Below are positions 10,041-18,397 of a stretch of 35,930 nucleotides of DNA, one piece after another. The DNA is taken from assembly GCA_021156265.1 (NCBI GenBank), contig JAJNBR010000001.1, positions 1 through 35,930 on the forward strand, in the 5' to 3' direction. A program made the position numbers and the translations under genes. Source of the stretch: Flavipsychrobacter sp. (lineage in GTDB: Bacteria > Bacteroidota > Bacteroidia > Chitinophagales > Chitinophagaceae). The notes under the pieces were generated by a model. It worked only from the letters and a program-made list of their open reading frames with translations, did no database searches and had not been told where the DNA came from. Numbering within the stretch: the stretch's first letter is position 1; each line of letters starts with the position of its first letter.

Positions 10041-10789
10041 TATGATTTTTTAAAGATCATGATCATGCGCGGCGAATCGGTAGGGTGGTAGGAGTTCAAC
10101 TGGTAGTCGCCGAACGTACCCACCAGCGTCATTTTAGCTTTTTTGAACATCTGGATAAAATCGGCCAGTGTAAATGCCGCAACACTTTCCCGGTAGTGAC
10201 GCCGCTTTCCGTCTGCATCCGAGAATTCTATTTCTTTGATGATGTGGTTACGCTCCACCTTACGTGTAATGTGGAACGAATAGCTGCCCCTGTGTACGAT
10301 CTCCTCAGGTGTCAGCCCGGCCAGTACCTGTTCCTTATTCAGGTAGTCTATCACCAACAATCCGTTTTTTTTCAGTGCGGCTGCAAACGATTTGGCGGCC
10401 AGCAGGTGGTCGCGGTCGTGGGCGAAATAGCCGAAGCTGGTAAAGAAGTTGAATGCGTAATCGAAGTAGTTGATGTAAAACGGGAAGCGCATATCGTGCA
10501 CGAAAAACTGGAGATGGTCTTCTTCGAATTGCTTTGCCGTTTCAATGCTATGGTGCGAAAGATCAATACCTACCACATCGTAATTGTGCTCGGCCAGCTG
10601 TACGGCGAAACGGCCTTCGCCACACGCAATGTCCAGCATGCTGCTGCCGGGTAGCGGTTGCAGGTGGTCTATCAGCTTTTCGACAAAGGCTTGTGCTTCC
10701 AGTTCATCCCTGTTCTGGTATAATATCTTGTAATAAGGTGAACCGAACCAACTTTCAAACCAATCCGCCGGCTGCTTTACTGCTTCCAT
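10040..10789 (-). CDS. Class I SAM-dependent methyltransferase
   Basis: LDIACGEGR, GIDLS, HDMR and FNFFTSFGYF motifs. Start at MEAVKQ (10789). Stop overlaps the PAP2 start (TAATG). Confidence 0.9.
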   Translation of the reverse strand: MEAVKQPADWFESWFGSPYYKILYQNRDELEAQAFVEKLIDHLQPLPGSSMLDIACGEGRFAVQLAEHNYDVVGIDLSHHSIETAKQFEEDHLQFFVHDMRFPFYINYFDYAFNFFTSFGYFAHDRDHLLAAKSFAAALKKNGLLVIDYLNKEQVLAGLTPEEIVHRGSYSFHITRKVERNHIIKEIEFSDADGKRRHYRESVAAFTLADFIQMFKKAKMTLVGTFGDYQLNSYHPTDSPRMIMIFKKS

Positions 10790-10957
10790 AGTGACAAAAA
10801 TAAGGCGTAACCACCAAAGGGCGGCAAGGAGTTCGTTTTTGGTTAATGAAACGATTCGCACAGTATCATCCCTCCTGAGTACTAAGAAGATATGTAATAG
10901 CCTTATATGTGGCATGTCACGGCCTGAAAACCTATCTTTGCAGCCAATTTTTAAGTA

Positions 10958-11620
10958 ATGAAAGCAGGTCTTCGTCGTTTTATAGTATTTAATCGTTTAC
11001 CCCTGGCCATAGTATTGATAGGCCTGGGATTGTTTCTTGGTATCAAGGACATTGGCGGTGGCTGGTGGGTGGCATGGTTGCCATTCCTGGTCGCTATCCT
11101 TATGATCGCGGCACATTTCCTGATAGGCCCGATGACGTTGATACAGGGGTATATCGAAGACGGTGATATGGAAGGTGCACAAGCCCTGATGAAACGTGTG
11201 AAATACCCGAACCTGCTGTACAAACCGGTGCGTTCGTCTTATTACATGCTGCGCGCCAACCTTTCTACCATGGGCGATGATCTTGACCAGGCAGAATCTG
11301 ACATCCGTAAAAGCCTCGAATCGGGTGGAGAGAAGGAGATGCAAGGGGCTGCTTACCTGCAGCTCGGTTCTATAGCTTACCGCAAAGGCAACACTAAAGA
11401 AGCCTACGAGAACCTGCGCAAAGCTGTGAAAGCCGGCTTGCCTGACAAGGACAGCGAGGCCAGTGCTTACCTGCAGCTGTCCAGCATCTGCATGCAGCGC
11501 CGCGACTTCCGCAGCGCCAAGATGTATTTTGCCAAAGCTAAATCCACCAAAGCCACTAACCAGCAGGTTGTGGACCAGATAAAAGAAATGAGCAAGTATA
11601 TAGCGAGGATACCGGGGTAA
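10958..11620 (+). CDS. Membrane-anchored tetratricopeptide repeat protein
   Basis: Two N-terminal TM helices then TPR-like repeats (AYLQLGSIAYRKG, AYLQLSSICMQRR); TATCTTTG promoter box upstream. Confidence 0.85.
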   Translation: MKAGLRRFIVFNRLPLAIVLIGLGLFLGIKDIGGGWWVAWLPFLVAILMIAAHFLIGPMTLIQGYIEDGDMEGAQALMKRVKYPNLLYKPVRSSYYMLRANLSTMGDDLDQAESDIRKSLESGGEKEMQGAAYLQLGSIAYRKGNTKEAYENLRKAVKAGLPDKDSEASAYLQLSSICMQRRDFRSAKMYFAKAKSTKATNQQVVDQIKEMSKYIARIPG

Positions 11621-11624
11621 CTTC

Positions 11625-12581
11625 TTATTGCTGGATCACTTTAATGCCGCTCGTATGGGCGGCTTTTTTATTGTCTGCCTTGCGATAGGTGATCATCCTC
11701 GCGGTTGTTTCCAGTACTTTCCCCTCGGCATATTTACTTCGCTCGATCCAGTTTCCATCGTTGTCAAATCTGTAGGTATAGCCGGTCGTCGTTTTCACCT
11801 CATTCACAAACCATACCTGTTCGTCCAGCAGGCCATGTTTGTTATACGTGTTGGTGATGTATTGTTTTACTTTCTTGTCGGGGCCTGTGGTAATATCTTC
11901 TGTCAACTTGCCTAATGCATCATAAATATGAGTCAGTTGGTTGCTGCAGCTATCGGGTGAGGGATAAAGGTAACGTGACCATCTCCTGGCGCCTGCTGCA
12001 TCTTTTTCTTCCGTAATTAGCTCACTGTATGAATATTTCAGCAGGCCGTCCAGTACATTGCGCCTGTATTCATTGGCCCCGTTGTACCTGAAACGGATCA
12101 TGCTTACAAGGCCATTCCCGCCGTCACAACGGATATAGGATAATTTGCCATCGCGGTAATTATACCTCGTTGTTTGATGTCGTTTTCCTGCATCAAAAAG
12201 TGTTTTTTGACGAAGTTCACCTGCGTGGTTATATGTATAAGCTGTTGAATCATATTCCTTGCTCCCGCTTAATATCGCCTCACTCAGCAGCTTACCGGCA
12301 TCGTTATAGCTATAGCGTTTTACAACAGGTTCTTTTTCTCCCGACATCAATTCCTTAGTTATTTCAACCCTGTTCGCCGCGTCAAACCGGATCTCTTTTT
12401 CCCAGGCCAGCTCCGGCTCTCCGTCTGAATAGACGAAATTCCGCTCCTGCAGCGAACCTATACTACCTTTCAGCTCATAAGTGCCGGCAGTTATGACGGT
12501 AGGAGTATCCACTGTTTGTGCATTCAGCGAATTCGATAAACAAATAAACAGTAACAGGAACGTAAAACGGATATTTTGCAT
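11625..12581 (-). CDS. Exported YD/RHS-like repeat protein
   Basis: Signal peptide from MQNIRF (12581); LKGSIGS start; repeated YxYNxxG / YDxxGxL units; YRFDNDGNWIER..RMITY. Confidence 0.75.
   Translation of the reverse strand: MQNIRFTFLLLFICLSNSLNAQTVDTPTVITAGTYELKGSIGSLQERNFVYSDGEPELAWEKEIRFDAANRVEITKELMSGEKEPVVKRYSYNDAGKLLSEAILSGSKEYDSTAYTYNHAGELRQKTLFDAGKRHQTTRYNYRDGKLSYIRCDGGNGLVSMIRFRYNGANEYRRNVLDGLLKYSYSELITEEKDAAGARRWSRYLYPSPDSCSNQLTHIYDALGKLTEDITTGPDKKVKQYITNTYNKHGLLDEQVWFVNEVKTTTGYTYRFDNDGNWIERSKYAEGKVLETTARMITYRKADNKKAAHTSGIKVIQQ
11646..11670 (+). terminator. Intrinsic terminator of the TPR gene
   Basis: GCCGCTC-gtat-GGGCGGC followed by TTTTTT; lies within the 3' end of the convergent ORF. 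Confidence 0.75.
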
Positions 12582-12760
12582 AGGCTTGACAAATAAAGCA
12601 ATGTCCGCGGCTTTTGCGGAAGCCGGCGGGGTGTACACATATTAAGTTAGGGATGCTAATAAAGCTAAGTCTTAATTCGCTTACTGCCGAATAAACACGG
12701 TTAGTTTAATGGTTCTTTAACAGCTGCCTCGATGCAAGGTTTGTATGTATGTTACCGATA

Positions 12761-12797
12761 ATAAAAAAAGCCACTCTTGTGAGCGGCTTTTTTTTAT
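12761..12797 (-). terminator. Intrinsic (possibly bidirectional) terminator after the PhnA-domain gene
   Basis: On the - strand AAAAGCCGCTC-acaa-GAGTGGCTTTTTTT, with A/T tracts on both sides. Confidence 0.85.
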
Positions 12798-12809
12798 TTG
12801 CTAAGAGCG

Positions 12810-13400
12810 TTATTCTTTAGGAGCCTGCCTTCTAACGTATTTGGTCAGGATGACGATCATCTGGCCTTCGATGCGGCCTTCTATCTGTTCGGTATTGTCT
12901 TTCACGAGGTGGATATTACGTACTACGGTACCCATTTTTGCATTTAGCGTACTGCCTTTCACATCCAGCGATTTGGTGAGCACCACTGTATCGCCTTCCA
13001 ATAACTGTGCACCATTCGCATCTTTGTGCAGGTCAACCGAGGCATCGTTCTCATGGTCGCCGGTGGCTTTGGCCCAGGCCAGCCGGTCGTCGTCCAGGTA
13101 CATCATGTCCAGGCTTTCGGCCGCCCATGTTTCGTTCCTTAGCCTATTCAGCATGCGCCAGCTTACTACCTGCACACCGGGCACCTCGCTCCACATGCTC
13201 GTTGTAAGCACATTCCAATGGCCCGCGTCCAGTTCTTCTTTTTTCTCTACTTGCGCCAGGCATTTGTCGCAGATAAGGATGTTGTTTTCTTCGTACCCTC
13301 CTGTTTGGGGTGGCACTTCGTATACATTCAGCTTTCCTGTTGCTTCGCACAGTTCACATTTATTTCCGCTACGGGCTATCAGCTTGTCTTCAAGTTTCAT
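12810..13400 (-). CDS. PhnA-domain protein (Zn-ribbon plus PhnA C-terminal domain)
   Basis: CELC..CDKC, MWSEVPGVQV, KDANGAQLLEGDTVVLTKSLDVKGS. Confidence 0.88.
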   Translation of the reverse strand: MKLEDKLIARSGNKCELCEATGKLNVYEVPPQTGGYEENNILICDKCLAQVEKKEELDAGHWNVLTTSMWSEVPGVQVVSWRMLNRLRNETWAAESLDMMYLDDDRLAWAKATGDHENDASVDLHKDANGAQLLEGDTVVLTKSLDVKGSTLNAKMGTVVRNIHLVKDNTEQIEGRIEGQMIVILTKYVRRQAPKE

Positions 13401-13431
13401 AACTGCGGCGAAGGTAATTTTTTTTGAGGGC

Positions 13432-14331
13432 TTAAATGTTCCCGATCAAAAAACTGCGTTCGCTAAATGCCGGAATACTCGGTGTACCCTCGTAAAAATA
13501 CTTGATCTCGTCGCTTTTGTCCATGAGCCCGAGGCTGTACAGCACAGGTACGTAATGGTCTGGTGTAGGAGCAGCCAGTTTTCCCAGCTTATGGCTCGTT
13601 TCGTACTTGATGACGTCGGCAAAGTTGCGCGTGTCTATCTGCTTCTTGATCCATTCATCATACTCCGCTTCCCAGCCATAAGGCGTCATATCATTGCGGC
13701 TCATTTTCTGCCCCGCAAGTTGGAGGTTATGTATCAGCGATCCGCTGCCTATGATGAGGACACCCTTCTCACGCAGCGCAGCCAGTTGCCTGCCCAGTTC
13801 GAAATGATATTCCGGCTTTGCGTAGTAGTCTATGCTCATCTGGAACACCGGTATGTTTGCTTCCGGGAACAAATGCATCAGCATAGGCCATGCGCCATGG
13901 TCCAGTCCCCAGTCGGTGCTCTCCTTTACGGAGGGTACGATCTTCGTCACCTCGCGTGCTATATCCGGAGCGCCTTTTGCCTGGTACTTTACCTCGTAAT
14001 ATTCTTTTGGGAAACCGTAATAATCGTATATCTGCTGTTGCTCGGGCGATATGTTGACATAGGTACCGCGCGTGCACCAATGCGCCGACACTATCAGCGC
14101 AGCTTTCACTTCGAAATTATTTTGCAGGCCTTTACCCAATTCGAATAACGCATTCCAGAAAGGGCGCTCGTCTTTCGATAGCGGTATGTCCATAGGACTG
14201 CCATGCGAGGTGAACAGCACCGGCATCTTCTTACCCTGCTTCGGCAGTCCATCCGTAAAATGCTTAAAGCTGGTCAGCGTACCCGCTGCTGAAAAAGCCA
14301 GCATCGTTCTCAGGAAGTCTTTTCGTTCCAT
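13432..14331 (-). CDS. ygiD: 4,5-DOPA extradiol dioxygenase (LigB/YgiD, DODA type)
   Basis: SHGSPM, SAHW, IYDYYGFP, WGLDHGAW, GSGSLIHNL and PTPDHY motifs. Confidence 0.9.
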   Translation of the reverse strand: MERKDFLRTMLAFSAAGTLTSFKHFTDGLPKQGKKMPVLFTSHGSPMDIPLSKDERPFWNALFELGKGLQNNFEVKAALIVSAHWCTRGTYVNISPEQQQIYDYYGFPKEYYEVKYQAKGAPDIAREVTKIVPSVKESTDWGLDHGAWPMLMHLFPEANIPVFQMSIDYYAKPEYHFELGRQLAALREKGVLIIGSGSLIHNLQLAGQKMSRNDMTPYGWEAEYDEWIKKQIDTRNFADVIKYETSHKLGKLAAPTPDHYVPVLYSLGLMDKSDEIKYFYEGTPSIPAFSERSFLIGNI

Positions 14332-14445
14332 ACATGCAAGTTACGAAATATCTATTGTAGGTACATCAGTAAGGAATATAGATTTACGATAGGGCTATTT
14401 TAAATCGGCACACAATTTGCCAACACCTCTATAGACTGAAGATTT

Positions 14446-14658
14446 ATGAAACGATTTTTACCCCTGGCTGCCGCTGTCATCGTGCTGGCGACGGCAACCT
14501 CCTGCGAAAGAAAATATACTTGCACCTGCGTGTATCCCGGACAGGCTGTTGGTACCACTACAACCACCATCAGGGCTTACAATAAGACCGATGCCAGGAA
14601 TGTATGTGATGGAATGAATGAAGGGGCTAAAACAAGGGGCGGCGCCTGCGCACTTTAG
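14446..14658 (+). CDS. Small cysteine-rich lipoprotein
   Basis: Lipobox ATS|C followed by YTCTC...C...C; 70 aa. Confidence 0.75.
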   Translation: MKRFLPLAAAVIVLATATSCERKYTCTCVYPGQAVGTTTTTIRAYNKTDARNVCDGMNEGAKTRGGACAL

Positions 14659-14664
14659 TGTAGG

Positions 14665-15078
14665 TTATTTACTGGTCCTCATCGCCTTCACCACCTTCAG
14701 GCTGCTGTCCTTAGCAAGCTTTTTGTATTCGGGCGTTTCAACGCCATAGATGGCTATGCGGCTCTCCTCATCGCTGTGCACACCCCAGCCATAGCGTTTG
14801 GTGAGGGGAGAGGCGCGGAAACAGGGCTGTCCTTTGGAGAAGAAGGCTTTGCGGGCTTCGTCCAGCTCGCTTTTCTTAATGTCATTCCGCTCCGCGTATA
14901 CCTGGAATAGCACATCGTCCGAAGTGTACTTGTAGGGGTTATCGTATACCATATCAAACTGCCTGTTCGCCACTGATTTTTTCTCACCCTTCAGCGGTGG
15001 CATTTCACCCGCCTTCACCGGGCAGTCTTCTGCAATTTCTATGAAGGTGTTCTGGTAGTTAGTGGTGTGTTCTTTCAT
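14665..15078 (-). CDS. Conserved hypothetical protein (DUF6157-like)
   Basis: HTTNYQNTFIEIAEDCP...FFSKGQPCFRASPLTKRYGWGVH...KAMR pattern. Confidence 0.8.
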   Translation of the reverse strand: MKEHTTNYQNTFIEIAEDCPVKAGEMPPLKGEKKSVANRQFDMVYDNPYKYTSDDVLFQVYAERNDIKKSELDEARKAFFSKGQPCFRASPLTKRYGWGVHSDEESRIAIYGVETPEYKKLAKDSSLKVVKAMRTSK

Positions 15079-15109
15079 GACAAGATTATATAAATACGTT
15101 TATTTGTTG

Positions 15110-15117
15110 TATATTTG
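15110..15117 (+). promoter_or_regulatory. -7 promoter box upstream of long hairpin and sORF
   Basis: TATATTTG within TTGTTGTATATTTGCA. Confidence 0.6.
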
Positions 15118-15124
15118 CATAGTG

Positions 15125-15204
15125 TGTCTGAACCCGAATTTATGGAATTAGTGAATTACCGGAATTCCAGCCATTCCTTAATTCGACGAATTTGGGTTCA
15201 GACA
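15125..15204 (+). repeat. Long inverted repeat / hairpin
   Basis: TGTCTGAACCCGAATT (15125-15140) pairs with AATTTGGGTTCAGACA (15189-15204): 16 bp with one G-U, plus inner pairing GAATTA/TAATTC. Confidence 0.8.
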
Positions 15205-15217
15205 AATGTTTTATACC

Positions 15218-15379
15218 ATGAAAACGACAACAAACGACAACAAAACAGCTCTCAACAAACAAACTGCATTTCAGCCGAAAAGCCAGGACAGCAGTGTTCT
15301 ACAGCCAAAAACGACGCGCGACAGTTCAGGAGTTTGGGAGTGTTGCTTGAAAAAACAAACAAAAACAAACAACAGATAA
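15218..15379 (+). CDS. Putative 53-aa small protein (not in ORF track)
   Basis: Hand translation MKTTTNDNKTALNKQTAFQPKSQDSSVLQPKTTRDSSGVWECCLKKQTKTNNR*; A at -3; downstream of promoter and hairpin; low complexity. Confidence 0.4.
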   Translation: MKTTTNDNKTALNKQTAFQPKSQDSSVLQPKTTRDSSGVWECCLKKQTKTNNR

Positions 15380-15397
15380 AATAAATCCTAATGAAGA

Positions 15398-16660
15398 CTA
15401 TTTCTTATACCCCGCTTTATGTCCCCAGAAAGCGAAATACAGGATGTAGAGATAGCAGGGTATCAGGATCCAATAGGCTACCTGGTTGTTTTGAATATCA
15501 GCCAGCCGGCCATAAAGCAACGGCAGCACCGCACCTCCCGCAATACCCATAATGAGTAGGGCAGCACCGGTTTTGGTAAACTTGCCCAAGCCCTTCAGCG
15601 ACATTGGCCAGATGGCAGGCCACATGATGGAGTGGGCCAGGCCAAGGGCTGCCAAGCAGTATACAGAGAAACGTCCTTCAGAGGTCAGCACGCCGATAGT
15701 GAATAGTATACCCAGCACGGCGCAAACTTTCAGCGCAGTTTCCTGGGAGATGATATTAGGAGTGAGCAGAATGCCGAGGAAATAACCGGCTATCATACAG
15801 CCCAATGTAAACGAGGTAAAGAATTTGGCCTCATCGATTGGTATGCCCAGGTAAGTACCATAGCTGATGATCGAGTCGCCGGCAATGACCTCTACGCCTA
15901 CATACAGGAAGATAGCTATTACGCCAAAGAACAGGTAGGGGTGCTGGAAGATGGAAGTAGTTTGGCTGTTGGCCTTGATATCCGGGTTTTCCTCTTCATC
16001 GTCGATATCGGGCAGGGGAGAAATGAGTACCAGCAGTGCCAATACTACCAAAGCTATCGTCAGCACGATATAGGGATTGATGATGCGGCGGGCCAAATCA
16101 TCGAGCAGCTGGCTTTTGGCAGCGGCATCCGCTACGCCGGCCAGCTTAGCGTTCACGGTGTCTATGTCACCGAGCAGTATGGTAGCAAGTATCAGCGGAC
16201 TCAGGATACCCGCCACTTTGTTGGCAATACCCATGATGCTGATACGCCTTGCTGCACTTTCTTCGGGGCCAAGGATGGTTACATAAGGGTTGGTGGCCGT
16301 TTGCAATATGGACAAACCAAGGCCTTGTGTGAACAAGCCAACCAGGAAAAAGGTATAGCTGCGCTGCAAAGCTGCCGGTATAAAAATGACCGTACCGATA
16401 GCCATAACAAACAGGCCAAGGCTCATACCCTTTTTAAATCCTGTGGCCTTCAATATAGCCGATGAAGGCAGCGCCATCACGAAATAGGATATGAAGAACG
16501 CAAAGGTTACAAAATACGATTGGAAGTTGTTGAGCTCGCAGGCTGCTTTAAGGAAGGGTATCAGCGTACCGTTGAGCCAGGTAACAAACCCGAAAATGAA
16601 AAACAGACAACCTACAAGAAAAAGGGAAGTAGTATATGATTGCTTGGTATTTGGCTTCAT
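15398..16660 (-). CDS. Glucose/galactose (FucP/GluP family) MFS transporter
   Basis: LFFIFGFVTWLNGTLIP, LQTATNPYVTILGP, FLYVGVEV, SIMWPAIW and IMGIAGGA motifs; ~12 TM helices. Confidence 0.92.
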   Translation of the reverse strand: MKPNTKQSYTTSLFLVGCLFFIFGFVTWLNGTLIPFLKAACELNNFQSYFVTFAFFISYFVMALPSSAILKATGFKKGMSLGLFVMAIGTVIFIPAALQRSYTFFLVGLFTQGLGLSILQTATNPYVTILGPEESAARRISIMGIANKVAGILSPLILATILLGDIDTVNAKLAGVADAAAKSQLLDDLARRIINPYIVLTIALVVLALLVLISPLPDIDDEEENPDIKANSQTTSIFQHPYLFFGVIAIFLYVGVEVIAGDSIISYGTYLGIPIDEAKFFTSFTLGCMIAGYFLGILLTPNIISQETALKVCAVLGILFTIGVLTSEGRFSVYCLAALGLAHSIMWPAIWPMSLKGLGKFTKTGAALLIMGIAGGAVLPLLYGRLADIQNNQVAYWILIPCYLYILYFAFWGHKAGYKK

Positions 16661-16721
16661 GTATCAATGAGTATGGACTAAAAATAGTGTAAATGACGGG
16701 AAATGGAAATATAGATATACA

Positions 16722-16759
16722 CAAAAGCAAATGGCGCCGTGTGCGGGCGCCATTAAAAA
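16722..16759 (-). terminator. Terminator at the end of the VOC/SRPBCC operon
   Basis: AATGGCGCC-N7-GGCGCCATT stem, followed by TGCTTTTG on the - strand. Confidence 0.7.
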
Positions 16760-16777
16760 CAATTTGTACTGCATTAA

Positions 16778-16990
16778 TTAATAATCCAGTATACGGCAAT
16801 CATAACCGAATTGATTGATAATAGTAATGATGGTATCCGTACATAACATATGGCCCTCGATCCTTAACACCTTATCGCAGTCATCCAGGTCGAAACTGGG
16901 CCTGCTGTTGGGGAAGCGCGCCAATAAAGCATTGGCAAGTAGTTGCGCTTCTTCCGGTTCAGCAATGTTTGTTTTAAAAACTTCAACCAT
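16778..16990 (-). CDS. Small hypothetical protein (VFKTN..FDLDDCDKVLR family, HMA-like fold suspected)
   Basis: MVEVFKTNI...FDLDDCDKVLRIEG...GYDCRIL. Alternative in-frame starts at 17008 and 17026. Confidence 0.75.
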   Translation of the reverse strand: MVEVFKTNIAEPEEAQLLANALLARFPNSRPSFDLDDCDKVLRIEGHMLCTDTIITIINQFGYDCRILDY

Positions 16991-17018
16991 TGTTTTCAGT
17001 GTGAGCATAGTCTGTTGT

Positions 17019-17423
17019 TTATTCATGCAATCGCACCCATTCATTTACCGCTTTTTCAAGCGCCGCTTTCTTAGCCTTGATGTCCTCCATGCTGTAGAAC
17101 TTAGCCATACGCCTGTCTTTGTAGTCACCTTCCAGCAAGCCATCGCTTTCCACCATTGTGCCGTTGTGAAATACGAATACAATGTGCACAAACTTCTGCT
17201 CGCGTGGATGAAAAGCTGCCATATCATAACCATTGTAATGATAACTGGGTGCGTTCCATTTGACACGCTCCTGCAGTTTGGAGCTAGCGTTGGTTATGAT
17301 AGTGCGCAGCGCTTCTATCTCTGTCTTGAAAGGATGCTCGAGTTGCGACATGTATTCACTCACCTGTTCTGCATCGGTCGGCTTCGGCTTTTTAGTAGTG
17401 GCTGTTTTGGATGCTTTTGCCAT
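17019..17423 (-). CDS. DUF1801 domain protein
   Basis: VSEYMSQLEHP..IEALRTII..ERVKWNAPSY..LLEGDYKDRR. Confidence 0.85.
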   Translation of the reverse strand: MAKASKTATTKKPKPTDAEQVSEYMSQLEHPFKTEIEALRTIITNASSKLQERVKWNAPSYHYNGYDMAAFHPREQKFVHIVFVFHNGTMVESDGLLEGDYKDRRMAKFYSMEDIKAKKAALEKAVNEWVRLHE

Positions 17424-17436
17424 TGTGTGTATGTTG

Positions 17437-17856
17437 TTAGCCGAGTGTTACAGGCGCGCTGAACGCGGGTTCAGCATTCCTGGACGCACGCAGTTTTAAA
17501 CGTTTATGATAAAAAATGTACGATAAACCCAAAAATAACAAGAGTACAGGCATAAATAGCCATCCGGGATCAGCGGTGCCGCCGACGGCCAATATGGAAT
17601 ACGTAGCGCCTACCAGGTCGAATGCCAGCCCTGCATATGCCCACTCGGTGATACGCGGGACGCCGGGAATGAGGATGCCGATAATGCCCATAAGCTTGGC
17701 GAATCCTATGAAGGGTATTATGTATTCAGGGTACCCGAGATACTTGAAGACATTGACCCAGTCAGGTGTTGCCAGCATATTAGGTATGGCATTCGACAGC
17801 ATAAAAGCTGCGAACGGTAAAGTTATGCTCCAATAAATGATGTTTGTCTTTTTCAT
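17437..17856 (-). CDS. DoxX family membrane protein
   Basis: IIYWSIT..LGYPEY..AKLMG..EWAYAGLAFD. Start at MKKTNII (17856). Confidence 0.88.
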   Translation of the reverse strand: MKKTNIIYWSITLPFAAFMLSNAIPNMLATPDWVNVFKYLGYPEYIIPFIGFAKLMGIIGILIPGVPRITEWAYAGLAFDLVGATYSILAVGGTADPGWLFMPVLLLFLGLSYIFYHKRLKLRASRNAEPAFSAPVTLG

Positions 17857-17895
17857 GATTATGGAATTGAGTGTGTTGAATAATTGGTTCTTATT

Positions 17896-17920
17896 GGTGG
17901 CAGGCGTTATACCTGCCACC
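17896..17920. repeat. Intra-operon hairpin (mRNA stabiliser, processing site or partial terminator)
   Basis: GGTGGCAGG-cgttata-CCTGCCACC perfect 9-bp stem between the VOC and DoxX genes. Confidence 0.7.
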
Positions 17921-17929
17921 GTAAAAGTT

Positions 17930-18358
17930 TTAGTTAGTTGCAGACGCGGTTTCAGGCTGCCCTACAAAAGAAGGGTCCATCCACGCTAGCTCCCACTGGT
18001 GACCGTCCGGGTCAGCAAAGCTGTGTTGGTACATAAAACCATGATCCTGCGGCTCGGCATAGATGCTTCCGCCTGCGGCTATAGCTTTCTGTACCAGGTT
18101 GTCCACTTCATCTTTGCTATCTGCTGAGAGGCAGATAATTGCTTCGGTGGCCTTAGTAGCGTCGCAAACGCTCTTCTTCGTAAAGGTCTGGAAGAAGGGC
18201 TCAGTGAGCAGCATGGCAAAAATGTCTTCACTGATCACCATGCAGACACCTTGCTCATTCGTAAACTGCGGGTTGAAACTGTAGCCGAGTTTCGAAAAGA
18301 AGTCCATAGACTTGTTCAGATCCTTAACCGGAAGATTCACAAAAATTTTGGTTGCCAT
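17930..18358 (-). CDS. VOC family (glyoxalase/bleomycin resistance) protein
   Basis: IFVNLPVKDLNKSMDFFSKLG..QDHGFMYQHSFADPDGHQWE. Confidence 0.92.
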   Translation of the reverse strand: MATKIFVNLPVKDLNKSMDFFSKLGYSFNPQFTNEQGVCMVISEDIFAMLLTEPFFQTFTKKSVCDATKATEAIICLSADSKDEVDNLVQKAIAAGGSIYAEPQDHGFMYQHSFADPDGHQWELAWMDPSFVGQPETASATN

Positions 18359-18397
18359 TGTTTATTGTTTAAAAAGTTGATTCTTGATGTTTATGGT

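Noticed and set aside
10790-10915. N-terminal extension of the methyltransferase
   Set aside because: Spans the -7 box and intergenic DNA; the ATG at 10789 fits better
12841-14148. 435-aa plus-strand ORF
   Set aside because: Shadow frame antisense to PhnA and DODA, with no recognisable motifs
14341-14380. Possible HxlR-type operator (GTAGGTAC..GTAAG) upstream of DODA
   Set aside because: Weak symmetry and no cognate regulator in the window
15115-15384. 89-aa ORF from the track (TTG start)
   Set aside because: Starts inside the -7 box and crosses the hairpin; the 15218-15379 frame has a better start context, though both remain unproven
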